A stretch of 64,000 nucleotides of DNA, from NCBI GenBank assembly GCA_039028615.1, contig JBCCHT010000003.1:256001-320000 (forward strand), read 5' to 3'. The translations under genes and the position numbers were made by a program. Below the pieces are notes generated by a model. That model did not search any database, had not been told where the DNA came from, and was given only the letters and a program-made list of their open reading frames with translations. Shown here one piece after another: positions 47,563 to 57,608 of this stretch (position 1 is its first letter; each line of letters begins with the position of its first letter). Origin of the DNA: Myxococcota bacterium (lineage in GTDB: Bacteria; Myxococcota_A; Polyangia; Nannocystales; Nannocystaceae).

Positions 47563-48324
47563 ATGCGTACCTTCTGTTTTCTGGCGTTGGCGTCCGTGTT
47601 CGGGGGCTGTCACGGCGGTTCCGCGTCCTCGGCTCCGGGTGCTGCGGACGAAGTCCAGGCCCCGGCGGCGGGCCTCGGGGAGCTCATCTATCGCGGGGAG
47701 GTCGTGCCCCAGGGTCACGACACCGTGGACTTCGTGTACGAGCGCTGGGTCTCGCATGGCGACGAAGAATGGACGAGCGCCCACCTCACGCGGGCGGCGG
47801 GGTCCGAAGCGCTGCTCGTGGCTCAGCACGCGGTGCACTCCCCGGACTACGCGCTGCGGCGCTTCGACGAGGTCCATCGCCAGACGGGCACCGTGAGTTC
47901 GGTGCTCGTGCACGAGGACGGCCGGGTCGACTACGAGACGACGCGGGGGGGTCGAGTGAAGCGGCGAACGGAGGCCGCCGGGGTCCCGGTCGTGGTCGGG
48001 CCGACCTTGTTCGGGTTCGTGCGTCGGCACTGGGAGGCCCTCGAGCGGGGCGAGGCGGTGCCGCTGCGCTTTGCCGCGGCCGATCGAGCCCGCAGCTACG
48101 GCTTCACGCTACGCCGGGGCGAGGCGGGCCCGGGGACCACTACGATCGAGATGGTGGCCGACCAGGCGCTGGTGCGATGGAGCGTCGGCCCGATGTTCAT
48201 GGTCTTCGACACGCAGCAGCGGACGATCGTGCGCTATGTCGGCCGGGTTCCCCCACGCCTGGACGAGCGACGGGCCATCGGGGCGAGGGTGGACTACGAG
48301 CAGGTCGCGACCGTCTACCGTTGA
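47563..48324 (+). CDS. Hypothetical lipoprotein
   Basis: MRTFCFLALASVFGGC lipobox. Confidence 0.75.
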   Translation: MRTFCFLALASVFGGCHGGSASSAPGAADEVQAPAAGLGELIYRGEVVPQGHDTVDFVYERWVSHGDEEWTSAHLTRAAGSEALLVAQHAVHSPDYALRRFDEVHRQTGTVSSVLVHEDGRVDYETTRGGRVKRRTEAAGVPVVVGPTLFGFVRRHWEALERGEAVPLRFAAADRARSYGFTLRRGEAGPGTTTIEMVADQALVRWSVGPMFMVFDTQQRTIVRYVGRVPPRLDERRAIGARVDYEQVATVYR

Positions 48325-48349
48325 GAAGCTGATATCCTCCCGGCCTTCG

Positions 48350-49339
48350 ATGGTCGCCTGGATCCCGGCTGCCGTGCTCCTGCTGAGTGCCCCCGAGGTG
48401 GAGCCCGAGGTCGTGGCGCGGGGAGCCTGTGACGACGGGGCGGCCTTGCGGCAGCGGGTCGATGCGTTGGTCCCTTCGCCTTTGCCCGTGGCCTCGGTAC
48501 GGCTCGAGGCACGACAGGTGGAGCCGGTGGTGTGGGAGGGCACGCTGCACTTCGAGGTGGAGGGCACCGCCCACGAGCGGGTGATGTCGGCCGAATCATG
48601 CGCGGCGCTATACGAGGCCTCGGCGCTGGTCATCTCGCTCGCCGTGCAGCCCATGCTCGAGCAGGGCCCGGAGACGCCACCCCCCGAAGTCGTGCCCGCG
48701 CCTCCGTCGGAGTCGGAGTCCGAGCGCGAAGCCGAGGCCGTGGCCGAGCCGCTGCGATCGGAAACCGAGTCCACACCGAGCCCCGGCGCCGACGCGTCGC
48801 GCCCCTCGCAGGACGCTCCGCCCTTGCGCGTACGCGGACGGGTGGGGGCCGGAGTCGCGGTGGGGCTATTGCACCCCGTCCACGCCACGACCACGTTGGG
48901 GGTGGACCTGGTGGGGTCGCGCTGGGCGGTGGCACTCGATGCGCACTACCTGCCGCCGATCGCCGACGAGCCCGCGACGGACGTGCAGATCACGATGCAG
49001 ATGCTGGCCTTCGGTGCCCGCGGTTGTGCGATCTGGCGCTTCGTCGACGAGCGCATCGCGGTACCCCTGTGCGCAGGGCTCGCGGCGGGTCCGGCCTTCG
49101 GTCGAGGCGAGGGCACGGGCCTGCAGGGACGGAGGGGTCGGCAGCCGTGGTTCGGTGTGCTCCTCGGGCCGCGATTGCAGCTGCATTCGCGCTGGGGCGG
49201 CGATCTGTGGCTGGCCACCGAGGTCGTGGCCCCCGTCCAACGGCTCAATTTCGTCGTTGGTTCGGTCGGAACGGTATGCTGTGAGCAACCTCTCGGGTTC
49301 ATGATGTCGGTGGGGGCGGCGTTTTCTGGGCCACGCTGA
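48350..49339 (+). CDS. Exported barrel-like protein, paralog of 19323-20342
   Basis: ER.MSAESCAALYEASALVISLAV; PLCAGL.AG...G.G; PWFG. Confidence 0.75.
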   Translation: MVAWIPAAVLLLSAPEVEPEVVARGACDDGAALRQRVDALVPSPLPVASVRLEARQVEPVVWEGTLHFEVEGTAHERVMSAESCAALYEASALVISLAVQPMLEQGPETPPPEVVPAPPSESESEREAEAVAEPLRSETESTPSPGADASRPSQDAPPLRVRGRVGAGVAVGLLHPVHATTTLGVDLVGSRWAVALDAHYLPPIADEPATDVQITMQMLAFGARGCAIWRFVDERIAVPLCAGLAAGPAFGRGEGTGLQGRRGRQPWFGVLLGPRLQLHSRWGGDLWLATEVVAPVQRLNFVVGSVGTVCCEQPLGFMMSVGAAFSGPR

Positions 49340-49396
49340 CGGAATCGTCGCAGTCACGACATCCACCTCTTGGGCCCTTCGAGGCCCTTCGTCCCC

Positions 49397-49951
49397 ATGC
49401 CCGCGTCTGCGCCCACTGTCGATCCGCCGTCTACGGACCATGCGGATCGGCTCGCCATGGTCGAGCGGCTCTATGCCGAGCACCATGCGTTCGTGTGGCG
49501 CGTCGCGGGCCGTTTCGGGGTCGCGCCCGACGAGCGTGAGGACGTGGTGCAGGACGTGTTCGTCGTCGTCTACCACGCGCTCGATCGCTACGAGAACCGC
49601 GGGGCGATGACCTCGTGGCTGTTCGGGATTACCCGCGGCGTGTCTCGCAATCGCGTGCGCACGCAGAATCGTCGCCGCCGATCGCTACGCGCCCTGCCGC
49701 CCCCCGAGGCGGCGAACGATCGCACCACCGAGGACGTCGAGGCGGCGCAGATCCTCGAGCGCTTCTTGGCCACGCTGTCGCCCAACTCCCGCATGGTCTT
49801 CGAGCTGGCGGAGATCGAGGGCCTGACCGGTCCCGAGATCGCGGTGGCGACCAAGTGGAAGCTCAACACGGTCTACAGCCGGCTCCGCACGGCTCGCCGC
49901 GCCTTCACCCAGTTCACCCGCGACCACCTGAACGAGGACCGCCATGAATGA
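49397..49951 (+). CDS. ECF sigma factor
   Basis: EDVVQDVFVVVY, SWLFGI, ELAEIEGLTGPEIA, NTVYSRLRTAR. Confidence 0.93.
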   Translation: MPASAPTVDPPSTDHADRLAMVERLYAEHHAFVWRVAGRFGVAPDEREDVVQDVFVVVYHALDRYENRGAMTSWLFGITRGVSRNRVRTQNRRRRSLRALPPPEAANDRTTEDVEAAQILERFLATLSPNSRMVFELAEIEGLTGPEIAVATKWKLNTVYSRLRTARRAFTQFTRDHLNEDRHE

Positions 49952-50849
49952 GCTCGAGCGTGTGCAGCAGCGCTGGCTAGACGCGGCGCGGAAGCAGCAG
50001 GGCCCGCCCCGCGACGCCGTGGCTCGCATGCGTCGGGGCCTGGTCAGTCGGATCGCGGCCGCCGAGCCCCCGCCCATCTGGCAGGCCGAGCCCATGGCCG
50101 AAGCCACGCCGGCCACGGCCCCCGTGCGCTGGGGCCCATGGCTGATGGGCGGCGGGGTGCTCTTGGCCGCGGCCACGGTCGCGGTGTGGATGGGGGTCCG
50201 ACCCACGCCCGAGCTGAGCCGTGCCGCCGATCCCAACGCGGCCGGCTACGGCGTCGAGTCGGGTCGGCACCAACGAGTTTCACCCGCGGTGCAGGGGGAG
50301 CCTGTCGCACCGCGGGTGCAGGGGGACGAGTCCCAGGGGGAAGCCGGGGAGGGTGGCGTAGCACCGGGAGAGGCAGTGCCATCCACCCCGGCTTCGGCCC
50401 CGGGTGCCGTGCCGTCGCGGGGCGGGGCGGCATCGGCCTCCGACGCTCGCCGAAGTACGCGCTCCGCCGCGAGCGAGAGCGACCCACCACCAGCGGCCGC
50501 CTCGGCTCCGCCTCCGATCGCGCGGCCGTCGGGAATGCCGACGCCCGCCGAGCAACCCGCCGAACAACCGGGGGCGGGTCTCGACGTCGCGGGAGAAGCC
50601 GCGCTGCTCAACCGGGTCAAGGTCGCCATCGATGCGGAGCAGTGGTCGGTCGCGGCGTCTCGGCTCGACGAGTATCAGCGCCGCTACGACGGCGGCGTGT
50701 TGGCCCCCGAGGCAGGCGCGCTCGACGTGGTGGTGGATTGCGGCCGCGAGGCGGCGGGGGCTCCGGGGCGAGCCCGTCGCTATCTGCAGCGGCACCCGAG
50801 CTCCTCGCTGCGAGAGCGCGTGCGTCGAGCGTGCAAGCTCGAGCCCTGA
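49944..50849 (+). CDS. Putative anti-sigma (TM, Pro/Ala linker, TPR-like end)
   Basis: Overlaps the sigma stop; EAALL...LDEYQRRY..GVL.PE......DC...P.S...R...AC. Confidence 0.75.
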   Translation: MNELERVQQRWLDAARKQQGPPRDAVARMRRGLVSRIAAAEPPPIWQAEPMAEATPATAPVRWGPWLMGGGVLLAAATVAVWMGVRPTPELSRAADPNAAGYGVESGRHQRVSPAVQGEPVAPRVQGDESQGEAGEGGVAPGEAVPSTPASAPGAVPSRGGAASASDARRSTRSAASESDPPPAAASAPPPIARPSGMPTPAEQPAEQPGAGLDVAGEAALLNRVKVAIDAEQWSVAASRLDEYQRRYDGGVLAPEAGALDVVVDCGREAAGAPGRARRYLQRHPSSSLRERVRRACKLEP

Positions 50850-50896
50850 TCGCCACCGTGGCTGACGGATCGTGCGTGGTCGCGACACTCACTGGC

Positions 50897-51775
50897 ATGC
50901 TGCTTCGTTCTTCCATCCGTGGCGTGGTTGCGCTCGGTGCTCTGGTCTGTGCCTGCGTCAACGAGCCGACCTCGCTCGGAGAGCAAGAGTCCGAGGGGGA
51001 GGGGTCGGGCACGGCCGCAGGCACGACCGAGGACGACCCCAGCGCCAGCGGGCCCATGGACGGTACGGGGGCGGTCGATGGCACGGGGGCGGCGACCACC
51101 GACGTCTCCACGACCTCGGCGGAGGCAGAGTCGACCTCCGGCGAGACGGAGAGCGACACCGACACGGCCAGCACGGGGGAGCCCGACGACCCACCCATGG
51201 CGGCGGCGATCGTGTTCGTGAACTTCGATGGCGTCACGCTCAGCGCGGGCGTCGACGATGCCACCATGGATCAGTCCGCGCTCGCGGGCAGCTTCGATGG
51301 CATGCCGCTGGCGCCCTACGGCGAGGGTCCCAAGCGGGCGCAGATCATGGCGGCGCTCGCCGACGACTGGGCGCCCTTCGACGTGGCGGTGACCGACGTT
51401 CGGCCGGCATCGGGGGACTACGCGATGATCGTGGTGACGCCGACCAACCCCATCGGCATGGGGGTGCTGGGCGTGGCCAGCCAGGATTGCGGCGACATCA
51501 ACCCGGGGAGCGTGGGGATGGTCTTCGCCAGCGCCGACGATGCGCTCTCGGCCACCCTCACCGCGACCGTCATCAGCCACGAAGCGGGTCGCGGCCTCGG
51601 CCTGGAGAACGTGGTCGCCATGGGGGCGATCATGAACACGACCGCGAGTGAAAACGGCAGCTTCATGGACGCGTGCCACGACCTGCAGGGCGACCCCGCC
51701 TGCGATCACACCGCGTTTTGCCCGGCGGGGCAGCAGAACAGCCACGCCGAGCTGTCGGCGCTATTCCCCCTCTGA
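50897..51775 (+). CDS. Lipoprotein with a degenerate metzincin-like domain
   Basis: CAC lipobox; VFVNFDG, GVLGVA..DCGD.N, SHEAGRGLGLEN, IM Met-turn. Confidence 0.8.
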   Translation: MLLRSSIRGVVALGALVCACVNEPTSLGEQESEGEGSGTAAGTTEDDPSASGPMDGTGAVDGTGAATTDVSTTSAEAESTSGETESDTDTASTGEPDDPPMAAAIVFVNFDGVTLSAGVDDATMDQSALAGSFDGMPLAPYGEGPKRAQIMAALADDWAPFDVAVTDVRPASGDYAMIVVTPTNPIGMGVLGVASQDCGDINPGSVGMVFASADDALSATLTATVISHEAGRGLGLENVVAMGAIMNTTASENGSFMDACHDLQGDPACDHTAFCPAGQQNSHAELSALFPL

Positions 51776-52996
51776 GGCGCCGCCGGCCAGCTCGAGCACG
51801 AACTCGGCGGTGACCTGCGAGCCGTCGCCGTTGAAGTGCCCGTCGTGGGCCAGATAGTCGTCGGCGGTCAGCCGCGTCAGCAGGCCCAGCTGTGGGGCGA
51901 CCCCCAGCTCCTCCAGCGCGGGCAGGACCTCCTGGTTGACGGGCGACCACTCGCCGGCCAGCACCTCGCCCTTGGCCGGGATGATGACCACGTGCAGGTC
52001 GACCTTCTTCTTGTCGGCCAGGCTCTTCATCTTGGCCACCTGGGCGACGAAGAGGGTCTGGTACTCGGCATCGAAGGCGCGGCTGGGCAGGCCGGTCATG
52101 CGCAGCTGTTTGTCGCGCATCGCATAGCTGATGGCACCCAGGCGCTGCAGCGCGGTGACGCTGGTGACCCAGGCGACGAAGGACCAGCTGTGGTTGGCGT
52201 CGAGCAGCGGCCCGAGGTTTCGATCGATCTGCTCGTCGGTCAGCGTGGTGCCGTCCCGACGCATGCGCGGGACCATCAGCCCCTGCCGGACCGTCCGCGC
52301 CTCGGGGTAGACGTTGTCGAAGGTCAGGTCGTTGACGAAGTAGAAGTAGACGATGGCGCGGCCCTGCCACGGCACGCGCTCGACCTCGAGGGTGGCCTGC
52401 GGTGCGCCCCAGCCGGGCACGCCCGTATTGTAGGCGGTGACCTTGCCCTCGCTGGCGGCCTCGATGCGGGCCTCGATGGTGTCGGCGCGCTCGATGCCCA
52501 TGCCGAAGGTGAACGAGTCTCCGACCAGGAGCAGATCGTCATCGACCACGGCGGGATCGGCCGGCTCGTCGTCGCGGTGTCCGAGGCTATTGAGCTGGAT
52601 CTGCGAGCGCTCGACGCCGTCGAAGTAGGTGCCTTTGTAGTTGGGGATCAGCTTGTAGCCGTAGTCGGGGTCGGCCTCGGGCATGTTCTGCATGCTCAGC
52701 ACGAACACGTGGTGCTGGGCGCGAGGGCTGAGCGACAGCACCATCTCGATCAACACCAGCGCGACATAGGTCGAGCCGACCACCAGGCACGCTCGCACGG
52801 CGAGCTTGCGGACCTTGGCGGGGGCGGGCAGCCAGGTCACCGCGACCAAGGTCGCGCCCAGGCCCCCGACGATCATGGTGCCCAGGCCAGGCGCGGCGAA
52901 GCCCCGCGCGGCCTGGACCGCGAGGGCAAACAAAACCATGACCAATCCGACTTTGCCCGCCAATGGGCGCCCAGTACCCGCCGCCATCCACACCAC
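51761..52996 (-). CDS. SGNH/GDSL hydrolase-like membrane-anchored protein
   Basis: NSLGHRD, GDSFTFG, NTGVPG, ND, DGHFN. Confidence 0.87.
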   Translation of the reverse strand: MVWMAAGTGRPLAGKVGLVMVLFALAVQAARGFAAPGLGTMIVGGLGATLVAVTWLPAPAKVRKLAVRACLVVGSTYVALVLIEMVLSLSPRAQHHVFVLSMQNMPEADPDYGYKLIPNYKGTYFDGVERSQIQLNSLGHRDDEPADPAVVDDDLLLVGDSFTFGMGIERADTIEARIEAASEGKVTAYNTGVPGWGAPQATLEVERVPWQGRAIVYFYFVNDLTFDNVYPEARTVRQGLMVPRMRRDGTTLTDEQIDRNLGPLLDANHSWSFVAWVTSVTALQRLGAISYAMRDKQLRMTGLPSRAFDAEYQTLFVAQVAKMKSLADKKKVDLHVVIIPAKGEVLAGEWSPVNQEVLPALEELGVAPQLGLLTRLTADDYLAHDGHFNGDGSQVTAEFVLELAGGASEGE

Positions 52997-53301
52997 GTTA
53001 TCACTCGGGCTTCCGGGGCGCGGGCCGAGTGTGCCGCCGATGATGAACGGTGAGGCACGGAGCGAAGATGCGTGGGGGAATCAATGACGGGACCCCATTT
53101 CACTCGCACGATGTGCCCGGACTTGGGCCACTCGTGCCTTCGGAAACGACGATAACGACTCCTGCATGTAGGCAGCATCGATGCTGGGATTTCGATGGAC
53201 GAACAATGGCCGACGTCGCCTGCACGGGTTCGCGTCGCACGTAAGGGGTTTTGGCGGCCGCTTCTAGTGCGGGTGGCGGCCCGGTGCTATCCCCTCTCGC
53301 C

Positions 53302-54150
53302 GTGGAGCTGTTCTCGATCCAGGGAAACTCGCAACGACTCGACGGAGGAGCCATGTTCGGCAATTGCCCCCGGGCCCTGTGGTCACGGTGGTGTCCGCCC
53401 GATGACCAAGGGCGGATCGCGCTGGCCTGTCGAGCGATGTTGGTGCGCGAGGACAGTGGGCGCCATGTCTTGCTCGAGACCGGGATCGGTACATTCTTCC
53501 CGCCGAAGCTGCGGGACCGCTTCGGGGTGCAAGAAGCCGAGCACGTGTTGCTCGAGTCGCTGCGTGCCGTCGGGGTCACGCCGGCCGACATCGACGTGAT
53601 CGTGCTGTCCCACTTGCACTTCGACCACGCGGGCGGGCTGCTCGAGCCATGGGCCGAGGGCCAGTCGCGGTCGCTGTGTTTTCCGCAGGCCGCGTACGTG
53701 GTGGGAGCCGAGGCGTGGGCGCGGGCCAAGCAACCCCATGCGCGCGACCGGGCCTCGTTCATCCCGGAGCTGCCCGGCTTGCTCGAGGGGACGGGGCGGC
53801 TCGAGGTCGTCGAGGGCGAACACTCCACGACCTTGGGCGAGGGCTACGACTTCGCGGTGTCGCATGGACACACACCGGGCTTGTTGCTGACGCGAGTACA
53901 GTCGCCGCACGGGCCGGTCACCTTCATGGGTGATCTCGTGCCCGGCGTGCCGTGGGTGCACCTGCCGATCACCATGGGCTACGACCGCTTCCCCGAGCTG
54001 CTCATCGAAGAGAAGCAGACGCTGCTCGATCGAATCCATGGCGAAGACGGCTGGATGTTCTTCACGCACGACGCCGAGGTCGCGGCCGCAAAGGTCGCGA
54101 TCGACGAGCGTGGTCGCTACGGCGTGAACGAGTCGCGAACGCAGTGGTGA
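53302..54150 (+). CDS. MBL-fold hydrolase (YtnP-like)
   Basis: [37 protein letters not shown]. Confidence 0.92.
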   Translation: MELFSIQGNSQRLDGGAMFGNCPRALWSRWCPPDDQGRIALACRAMLVREDSGRHVLLETGIGTFFPPKLRDRFGVQEAEHVLLESLRAVGVTPADIDVIVLSHLHFDHAGGLLEPWAEGQSRSLCFPQAAYVVGAEAWARAKQPHARDRASFIPELPGLLEGTGRLEVVEGEHSTTLGEGYDFAVSHGHTPGLLLTRVQSPHGPVTFMGDLVPGVPWVHLPITMGYDRFPELLIEEKQTLLDRIHGEDGWMFFTHDAEVAAAKVAIDERGRYGVNESRTQW

Positions 54151-54190
54151 GCGGCGGCTTCGCTTCGACTGCGATACGACGTCGAACACG

Positions 54191-55063
54191 ATGTTCTCCG
54201 AGCACGCCGTCGAGTGCGCGGGACGAATCGAGGCTCGAGGAGCGTTCGAGAACGCGCATGGCGTCTGCTGACAGCCGCTGTCGGGAGCCCGCCAGATCGC
54301 GGGTGATCGAGCGGAGCTGACGTGCGAGGATGGGTGCTTCCCGGCGAAGACGCCGGGGCTGGTCATCATGTCCGTGTCGTTGTCGTCCGTCTTCGTGACG
54401 TTGCCTCTGTTGGCGCATGCTCCCAACGGGGTCGCGCCTGCATCCTCCTTGCTCGCCCTGGCGCCGGCCGGTGACACCACCGCCGCGCCGACCCAGGACG
54501 AGGAAACCGCCGAAGAAGAAGAGGACGAGCCCAAGACCCGCCGCCCCCGAAGACAGCGTGGGCTGGTGGTTCGCGGCTACGGCAAGACCGGCACCGTCGG
54601 CCTGCCGGGCATCGGGTTCGGCGGTGGCTTGAGCGTCGGCTGGATGCGCAAGCGCTTCCGACTCGACCTCATGGGCGGGGGCCAGCTCAATCGCTCCGCC
54701 TGGTATCCCGGCAACACGGTGGGCGGCGACTTCAGCCTGTGGCGGGCCGGCGTCCGGGCGTGTCTCAACTTGGGATCGGGTCGGGTCTCCACGCCGATCT
54801 GCGGCGGCGTCGATGGTGGCTTGGTCACCGCGACCGGGGTCGGCGTCGACTCGGCGGTGACCGAGCGACAGCCCTGGGCCTCCGGCTTCGGCGACATCGA
54901 CCTGGTCTGGCACGTGCTGCCCAACGTCGGGCTCGTGACCACCAGCCGCTGGATGGTGCCCTTCGTGCGGCGCCAGTACTACGTGGGCGAGCGCGGCACG
55001 CTGGTCACGACGCCGTCCTTCGGGGTCGAGATCGGTCTGGGTGTCGAGCTCATCTTGCCCTGA
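54191..55063 (+). pseudogene. Decayed third copy of the barrel-like gene (intact frame 54368-55063)
   Basis: C-terminal half has PICGGVDGG...G.G, PW and GVELILP. The upstream in-frame segment resembles the paralog N-domain but has TGA at 54269-54271. Confidence 0.55.
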
Positions 55064-55120
55064 GTCCCGCCCCTACCGGCAGCGCTCGGGCCCCTGGTCC
55101 GAAGAACGAGGATGATCGCA

Positions 55121-55618
<498 letters not shown>

Positions 55619-55638
55619 GAACCGAATGCGAGCGGGCC

Positions 55639-55679
55639 TCGGAGTCCTGCGCGGCATCCATATTCCGCGAGGACTCCGA
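55639..55679. terminator. Stem-loop between convergent genes
   Basis: TCGGAGTCCT / AGGACTCCGA with inner CGCGG/CCGCG. Confidence 0.6.
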
Positions 55680-55697
55680 AGCCGCCCCTGCGTCCGG

Positions 55698-56231
55698 CTA
55701 TAGCTCGTTGTAGCAGGTGCCGATGCAGTAACCGAGGGCACGACGCTGCCCGAAGCAATCGTCCATGCACTGATCGACGGCGGACATCGGCTCGTCGATC
55801 GGCTCGGTCGACCCCGTGCCCCCGCCACGGCCCGTGCCGACCACTGCGAGGCGGCCGGAGTCGAGCTCGCGATCGGCATCCGCCGTGTTCAGAGCGACCC
55901 ACAGGGCATCGTCGTCTTCATTGGCGGCCGAGAGCGAATAGGGGGACGCCGTCTCGGCGAATTGATGATCGTCGATGCACGGCAGCAGGCCGCGCTCTTG
56001 CACATTGAGCGTGGACTCCAAGGCCCACTGGTCGTCCGTCTGCATGTCGTCGGTGGACTCGACGAAAGTCAGATACGGCACCCGGGAGACGCGGGGCTCG
56101 AACACGAGGCTGGCCATCGCATCATCATCGGTGGCAGCGATGGTGTCTTGTTCGCTGTTCGTATCGATCTGGGCGAAGGGGGTCGGAAGCCATAACGCGA
56201 GCGCGGCCAACAGGGAGGAGACAGTATTCAT
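55698..56231 (-). CDS. Hypothetical exported acidic protein
   Basis: Signal-like N-terminus; C-terminal CMDDC...CIGTC. Confidence 0.6.
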   Translation of the reverse strand: MNTVSSLLAALALWLPTPFAQIDTNSEQDTIAATDDDAMASLVFEPRVSRVPYLTFVESTDDMQTDDQWALESTLNVQERGLLPCIDDHQFAETASPYSLSAANEDDDALWVALNTADADRELDSGRLAVVGTGRGGGTGSTEPIDEPMSAVDQCMDDCFGQRRALGYCIGTCYNEL

Positions 56232-56578
56232 CACGGACCTCGTTCAAGACTGTCGACCACGCACGAGCGTGCGTGGCCGACAGGTGGGGGACTTCACCTC
56301 GAAGCACTCACCGACCTCGTCAGAAGAGACGTCGGCCAGTGCACCGGGGCACACCCGCATAGTGATTCGCGACGAAGAAAGTGACCGGCGAAACGGTCCC
56401 TGAACGAACAAAAGTATCGTGCGTGTGTGTTTCTTCCCGTTTGTGACAAGCGTGAAGGGATGAACTCACCGTCGCACGAGATCAAAAATCATAGTGCGCA
56501 TCTGCGCGGCTCCAGGGACCCCGATCACAACGGTGATCACGAGTCATGGGTGTCATCGTGGTGGACTTCGGCCGTTTC

Positions 56579-56899
56579 TCAATTGGTGCCGTCGCCGGTC
56601 ATCGGCTCGGGAGGAGGTGGACACATGTCGACTTCACCCGCATCGCGCCACCACAACTGTCCATCGTCTTCGTCGGCCTGGCACACATGGCGACGCATGA
56701 CGGGGCCACAGTAGTAGCAAGTGGCATCGACCTCGTCGCAGGGCTCGAGCGGGTTGAGGTTGGGTTGATCGGGCGGGCAGCTGTCCGCGTTGTCGCAATC
56801 GGCACAGATCGGGGGCCCGCTCGGCGTGGGCTCGGGCTCTTCGACGCAGCTGCCCGCCAGAGACATCAGCAACACCAGGCCGGTCATGGTCCGTCGCAT
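56579..56899 (-). CDS. Small Cys-rich lipoprotein
   Basis: MRRTMTGLVLLMSLAGSC lipobox. Confidence 0.65.
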   Translation of the reverse strand: MRRTMTGLVLLMSLAGSCVEEPEPTPSGPPICADCDNADSCPPDQPNLNPLEPCDEVDATCYYCGPVMRRHVCQADEDDGQLWWRDAGEVDMCPPPPEPMTGDGTN

Positions 56900-56998
56900 C
56901 GCCGCGCATCCTACAACGTCGCCGCGCCCCCTCGAAGCAGGGGGCATGACGTTGCATCCTGCATGCTACGCATCGAGTTGGACTGTGATTGTCCGACG

Positions 56999-57457
56999 AT
57001 GAAGCTGCCGCGAATTCAACCCCATCGTTCCTCGCGACGTCACCCCGGCATCGCCTCGAGCCGCGTCGGCGGACGCGTCGTGCCGCAGGTGACCCGCCAA
57101 CAGCGCGACGACGCACAGGACTACATCAACAGAAACTGTCACGGGCTCTCCAACTGCGCCAACGAGGGATGCGCCGCTGCGAGATCGGCACAGGCCAACG
57201 CCAATCGGTGTGTCGCGGAACGCGAGACGGTCATGGACTACTACTCGGAGCGAAATATCGACGACCCGGGAGATCACCCGGGTGCGCGCGACCACGACCA
57301 GGCGGTCGCCAACTCGTGTGCACAGCGATTCAACTCGCGCAGTTGTCGGACACACCCCGCCAACCACGGCGTGGGGATCCACTGGAACGACAACCCTCAC
57401 CGAGACTGCCGGTGTTGCTACCCCCCGATGTCGGGTGCGCCCGCGTACTGCCCCTAA
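56999..57457 (+). CDS. Small Cys-rich protein with basic leader, Ntox16-like (tentative)
   Basis: MKLP...VVPQ leader, then QDYINRNC.....C....C...NANRCVAER...GDH...NSC. Confidence 0.55.
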   Translation: MKLPRIQPHRSSRRHPGIASSRVGGRVVPQVTRQQRDDAQDYINRNCHGLSNCANEGCAAARSAQANANRCVAERETVMDYYSERNIDDPGDHPGARDHDQAVANSCAQRFNSRSCRTHPANHGVGIHWNDNPHRDCRCCYPPMSGAPAYCP

Positions 57458-57608
57458 AGCGCCTTTGGGCGTAGAGCGAGGCGATCCGCGCGGTCTCGAA
57501 CGCGGGCCCGTACGTCGTCCGGCGAGCCAGTGGCCCACGAACGTGATGCAATCCCCGATAGCGAGGACCCTCGCAGCAGTGGGCGCCGATTCACGGTATC
57601 GTCCGGGA

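Noticed and set aside
54269..54271. In-frame TGA as a recoding (Sec or readthrough) site
   Set aside because: The surrounding sequence is degenerate relative to paralogs and lacks a signal peptide, so pseudogenisation is the simpler explanation.
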